NCBI GenBank assembly: GCA_009778375.1
Contig: WRJW01000221.1
Coordinates: 1-28,869 of the forward strand
Source: Bacteroidota bacterium
Lineage (GTDB): Bacteria > Bacteroidota > Bacteroidia > Bacteroidales > UBA932
Direction: 5' to 3'
DNA length: 28,869 nucleotides
Shown here: positions 26,382-28,869 of the stretch, in pieces
Position numbering within the stretch: the first letter of the stretch is position 1
Layout: each line of letters begins with the position of its first letter
The notes under the pieces: generated by a model
The model's database searches: none
Told to the model about the DNA's origin: nothing
What the model saw: only the letters and a program-made list of their open reading frames with translations
Made by a program: the position numbers and the translations under genes

Positions 26382-26750
26382 ATGCACTGTTTAGCTTGCG
26401 GAGCACCTCTTGCGGGAAGAGTAGATAAGCGGTTTTGCGACGACGCCTGCCGAAGCGGGTTTCACAACCAAAAACACCGCGAACAGGATGCTTTTGTTTA
26501 CAAAATCAACAAAATCTTAAAAAAAAACCGAAAAATTCTATCTATTTGCTACAACAGAGGCCTTCAGTCCATTTTTATTCATAAACTGCTTGAGGAGGGT
26601 TTTCTCTTTGGCTACTGTACCCATATTGAATCCATAGAGGGAAAAAGAGGTTACATCAACTTTTGCTACGACTATGGTTACAAAACAGTCAATAAAAACC
26701 AAGTGGAGATCGTGTACAAATATTCTAAAGAAAAATCTCTACCTTTGTAG
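26382..26750 (+). CDS. Small Zn-finger/ribbon protein (DUF2116-like, conserved Bacteroidota hypothetical)
   Basis: CLACG...GRVDKRFCDDACR (four Cys), basic helix INKILKKNRKIL, and C-terminal GF.F.Y.TH...FCYDYGY. Confidence 0.7.
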   Translation: MHCLACGAPLAGRVDKRFCDDACRSGFHNQKHREQDAFVYKINKILKKNRKILSICYNRGLQSIFIHKLLEEGFLFGYCTHIESIEGKRGYINFCYDYGYKTVNKNQVEIVYKYSKEKSLPL

Positions 26751-26770
26751 CACTTTTTTAATTACGTATT

Positions 26771-27661
26771 ATGAAACATACATCTTTATTTTGTATTATT
26801 GGGTTTCTGTTGCTGGTATCAACAGGATGTGTCGAACAAACGGGAAAATACAAGCGACTGCAGGCCCAATTAGATTCTATACAGGTTGCGACTACAGCAA
26901 AGGACGCCGAATTGGATGAGGCTTTTGCCACCCTGAACGAGATTGAACAGGGGCTTAAATCGATTCGAGAAACCGAAAATCTGTTAAAGTTACAATCGGT
27001 TCAGGGCGGAGAAATCTCCGCTTCGGTACGGGAACAGATGAAAAGCGACATCCAATATATTGCCGCCACCATGGCAGCATACAAAGCCCAGATTACTAAA
27101 TTGGAACAAGATAAAAAATATCAGTCTGCGCAATTTCAAAAGCGGCTGCAAAGCATTACGGCCGAATTGGAGAGCAAGACGCGCCTCATAGAGGATTTGA
27201 GTCGCCAATTAGACGAAAAAGATAGACTGCTGGTGATTAAAACCGAACAGATTATCTCGATGGATCAGAGCATTGCCATGCTTAAAAACGACCTGATCCA
27301 ATTAGAACAGTCAAACGTACAACAGTTGAACAAAATCAGCGAGTTAGACAGGCAAATGTATAGCGGCTATTATATTATCGGGAACAAATCGGAACTGATT
27401 GCCGCTCAGGTTCTCTCTAAAGGAGGACTTTTCAGGGCTGCCAAAGTCTCCTACCAGGCCGAAAAAAGCGCCTTCCGACAGATTGATATCCGCCGTATCT
27501 TTGATATTCCCTTAGAGGCAAAAAAAGCAAAAGTATTATCCATCCATCCTACAGGAACCTATTCCCTCGACTCCGACGATAACGGTTTACTGACACTGCA
27601 CATAGTTAATCCCAACTCCTTTTGGGAACAGACAAAGTATGCAGTCATCAAAATCGATTAA
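26771..27661 (+). CDS. Coiled-coil lipoprotein, resembling the Bacteroides Cbp1 collagen-binding family
   Basis: Lipobox STGC, long heptad-rich region, and a C-terminal globular domain (YYIIGNKSEL..GGLF..K.LS.HP..Y.L...L.I.NP..FW). The family assignment is from memory. Confidence 0.6.
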   Translation: MKHTSLFCIIGFLLLVSTGCVEQTGKYKRLQAQLDSIQVATTAKDAELDEAFATLNEIEQGLKSIRETENLLKLQSVQGGEISASVREQMKSDIQYIAATMAAYKAQITKLEQDKKYQSAQFQKRLQSITAELESKTRLIEDLSRQLDEKDRLLVIKTEQIISMDQSIAMLKNDLIQLEQSNVQQLNKISELDRQMYSGYYIIGNKSELIAAQVLSKGGLFRAAKVSYQAEKSAFRQIDIRRIFDIPLEAKKAKVLSIHPTGTYSLDSDDNGLLTLHIVNPNSFWEQTKYAVIKID

Positions 27662-28145
27662 GGTGTCGCTTCGGATCGGTAATGGTTTCGACGTCCACCC
27701 ATTAACGCCCGGACGTCCTTTGTTCTTAGGAGGGGTACAAATTCCTCACAACAAGGGAGCTGTGGCTCATTCAGACGGAGACGCACTAATCCACTCACTT
27801 TGCGACGCCCTTTTGGGCGCCGCCTCCTTGGGCGATATTGGCCGGTATTTTCCCGACTCCTCGCCCGAATACAAGGGTATCGACAGCAAAATCCTCCTCT
27901 CCCACACCGTCGCCCTGCTTAAGGCCCGAGGCTTTGAACCGGTAAATATTGATGCGGTGGTCGCTCTTCAAACGCCAAAGATTGCGCCGTTTATTCCTCA
28001 GATGCGGGCTGTTTTAGCCCAAATCCTGGCTATTCCCGAAGAGGCAGTATCGGTAAAAGCCACCACCACCGAATCCTTAGGTTTTGTGGGCCGCGAAGAA
28101 GGGGTTGCCGTTTATGTGGTGTGTCTTATTCAAACCTTAGCGTGA
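27639..28145 (+). CDS. ispF: 2-C-methyl-D-erythritol 2,4-cyclodiphosphate synthase
   Basis: RIGNGFDVH, HSDGDALIH..DALLGA...GDIG..FP, SVKATTTE.LGF.GR.EG. The start is ATG 27639 or GTG 27663. Confidence 0.97.
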   Translation: MQSSKSIKVSLRIGNGFDVHPLTPGRPLFLGGVQIPHNKGAVAHSDGDALIHSLCDALLGAASLGDIGRYFPDSSPEYKGIDSKILLSHTVALLKARGFEPVNIDAVVALQTPKIAPFIPQMRAVLAQILAIPEEAVSVKATTTESLGFVGREEGVAVYVVCLIQTLA

Positions 28146-28869
28146 CCCTATTAGAAGACCTTACTTCTATTTGGGGGCCGCCGTTGCCCACCTTGCCTTC
28201 AATGTTTCGCGTTTCGATACTCCCGCTAAAATCTTTTAATCCGGACGTTTCGACTCGTTCGCCCCTTGCTTTCAGATTATAACCCATTCCCGAAGGGAGG
28301 GTAAGGCTTAGGTTTCCGCTGTTTGATAACTTCACGTAGTCGCGTACCGACTCCATCCAAACGGTCATGCTGCCTCCGGAAGTACTCGCTTCTACATTTC
28401 CGGAAATACCCTCTAACCGTACGCTCCCACCGGAGGTCCCCGTTTTTAGGGTACCCTTGAGGCTGCTCGCCGAAATGCTGCCCCCGCTCGTGGTTGCCTG
28501 AATAGTCCCACTAAGATTGCTCATTTTAAGGCTGCCGCCCGAAGTCATCAGGTTGATGGTTCCGTTGCAATCCTCTGCGGTGATGCTTCCGCCGCTCGTC
28601 TTTACGTCAATAATATCTCCCGAAGCCTTGAGGCGAATACTTCCTCCCGAAGTCCGCCCCACTATCTTGCCCGATACCTGTTCCACCGTCAAGGAGCCTC
28701 CACTGGTGGCAAAATCCTGAGATCCGGACAAATTATTGATTCGAATACTCCCTCCGCTGGTGCGCAAATGGGTGTTTACCTCTTGAGGAACGCTGATTTT
28801 AAAGGCAATGCTCAAGCCCGACCGATTCCAGCCACTGAAGTTGCTTTTGGGTTTGGCCACCGCATACAA
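28126..28869 (-). CDS. DUF4097-type beta-strand repeat protein, 5' end outside the window
   Basis: Eight TSGGS motifs at an exact 18-aa period. The ORF runs off the right edge. Confidence 0.8.
   Translation of the reverse strand: MYAVAKPKSNFSGWNRSGLSIAFKISVPQEVNTHLRTSGGSIRINNLSGSQDFATSGGSLTVEQVSGKIVGRTSGGSIRLKASGDIIDVKTSGGSITAEDCNGTINLMTSGGSLKMSNLSGTIQATTSGGSISASSLKGTLKTGTSGGSVRLEGISGNVEASTSGGSMTVWMESVRDYVKLSNSGNLSLTLPSGMGYNLKARGERVETSGLKDFSGSIETRNIEGKVGNGGPQIEVRSSNRVTLRFE

Noticed and set aside
26519-26527. A9 tract in the Zn-finger gene as a phase-variation site
   Set aside because: It is in frame, encodes a Lys-rich helix typical of the protein, and is short for an AT-rich segment.

Overview
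The window comes from a Bacteroidota chromosome, most likely an anaerobic Bacteroidales (SusC/SusD pair, TAnnTTTG promoter boxes, AT-rich leaders without SD sequences, nifJ-type PFOR). From left to right it holds: tRNA-Arg(CCG) on the minus strand, with a structured 154-bp trailer closed by a 17-bp duplicate of the tRNA 3' end; fabD; a CapA-family metallophosphoesterase; an APH/NahK-like kinase; pyruvate:ferredoxin oxidoreductase; and an S9 (DPP5-like) peptidase. Next is a complete ~15 kb polysaccharide utilization locus predicted to target beta-1,3-glucans: a membrane-spanning LuxR-type sensor-regulator, a repeat-containing candidate operator, SusC, SusD, a tandem-domain surface glycan-binding lipoprotein, BACON-GH16, GH128 with a CBM-like tail, GH3 and GH5. 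After it come convergent cysS, a tail-less SSB divergent from a Zn-finger protein, a coiled-coil lipoprotein, ispF and a partial DUF4097-type repeat protein. No transposase, integrase, phage gene or CRISPR array was seen. The most notable items are the tRNA-linked mini-element, a compensated A19:U56 tRNA elbow, and the GH16/GH128/GH5/GH3 PUL with its phased operator. All family calls come from motif recognition by eye; no database searches were run.
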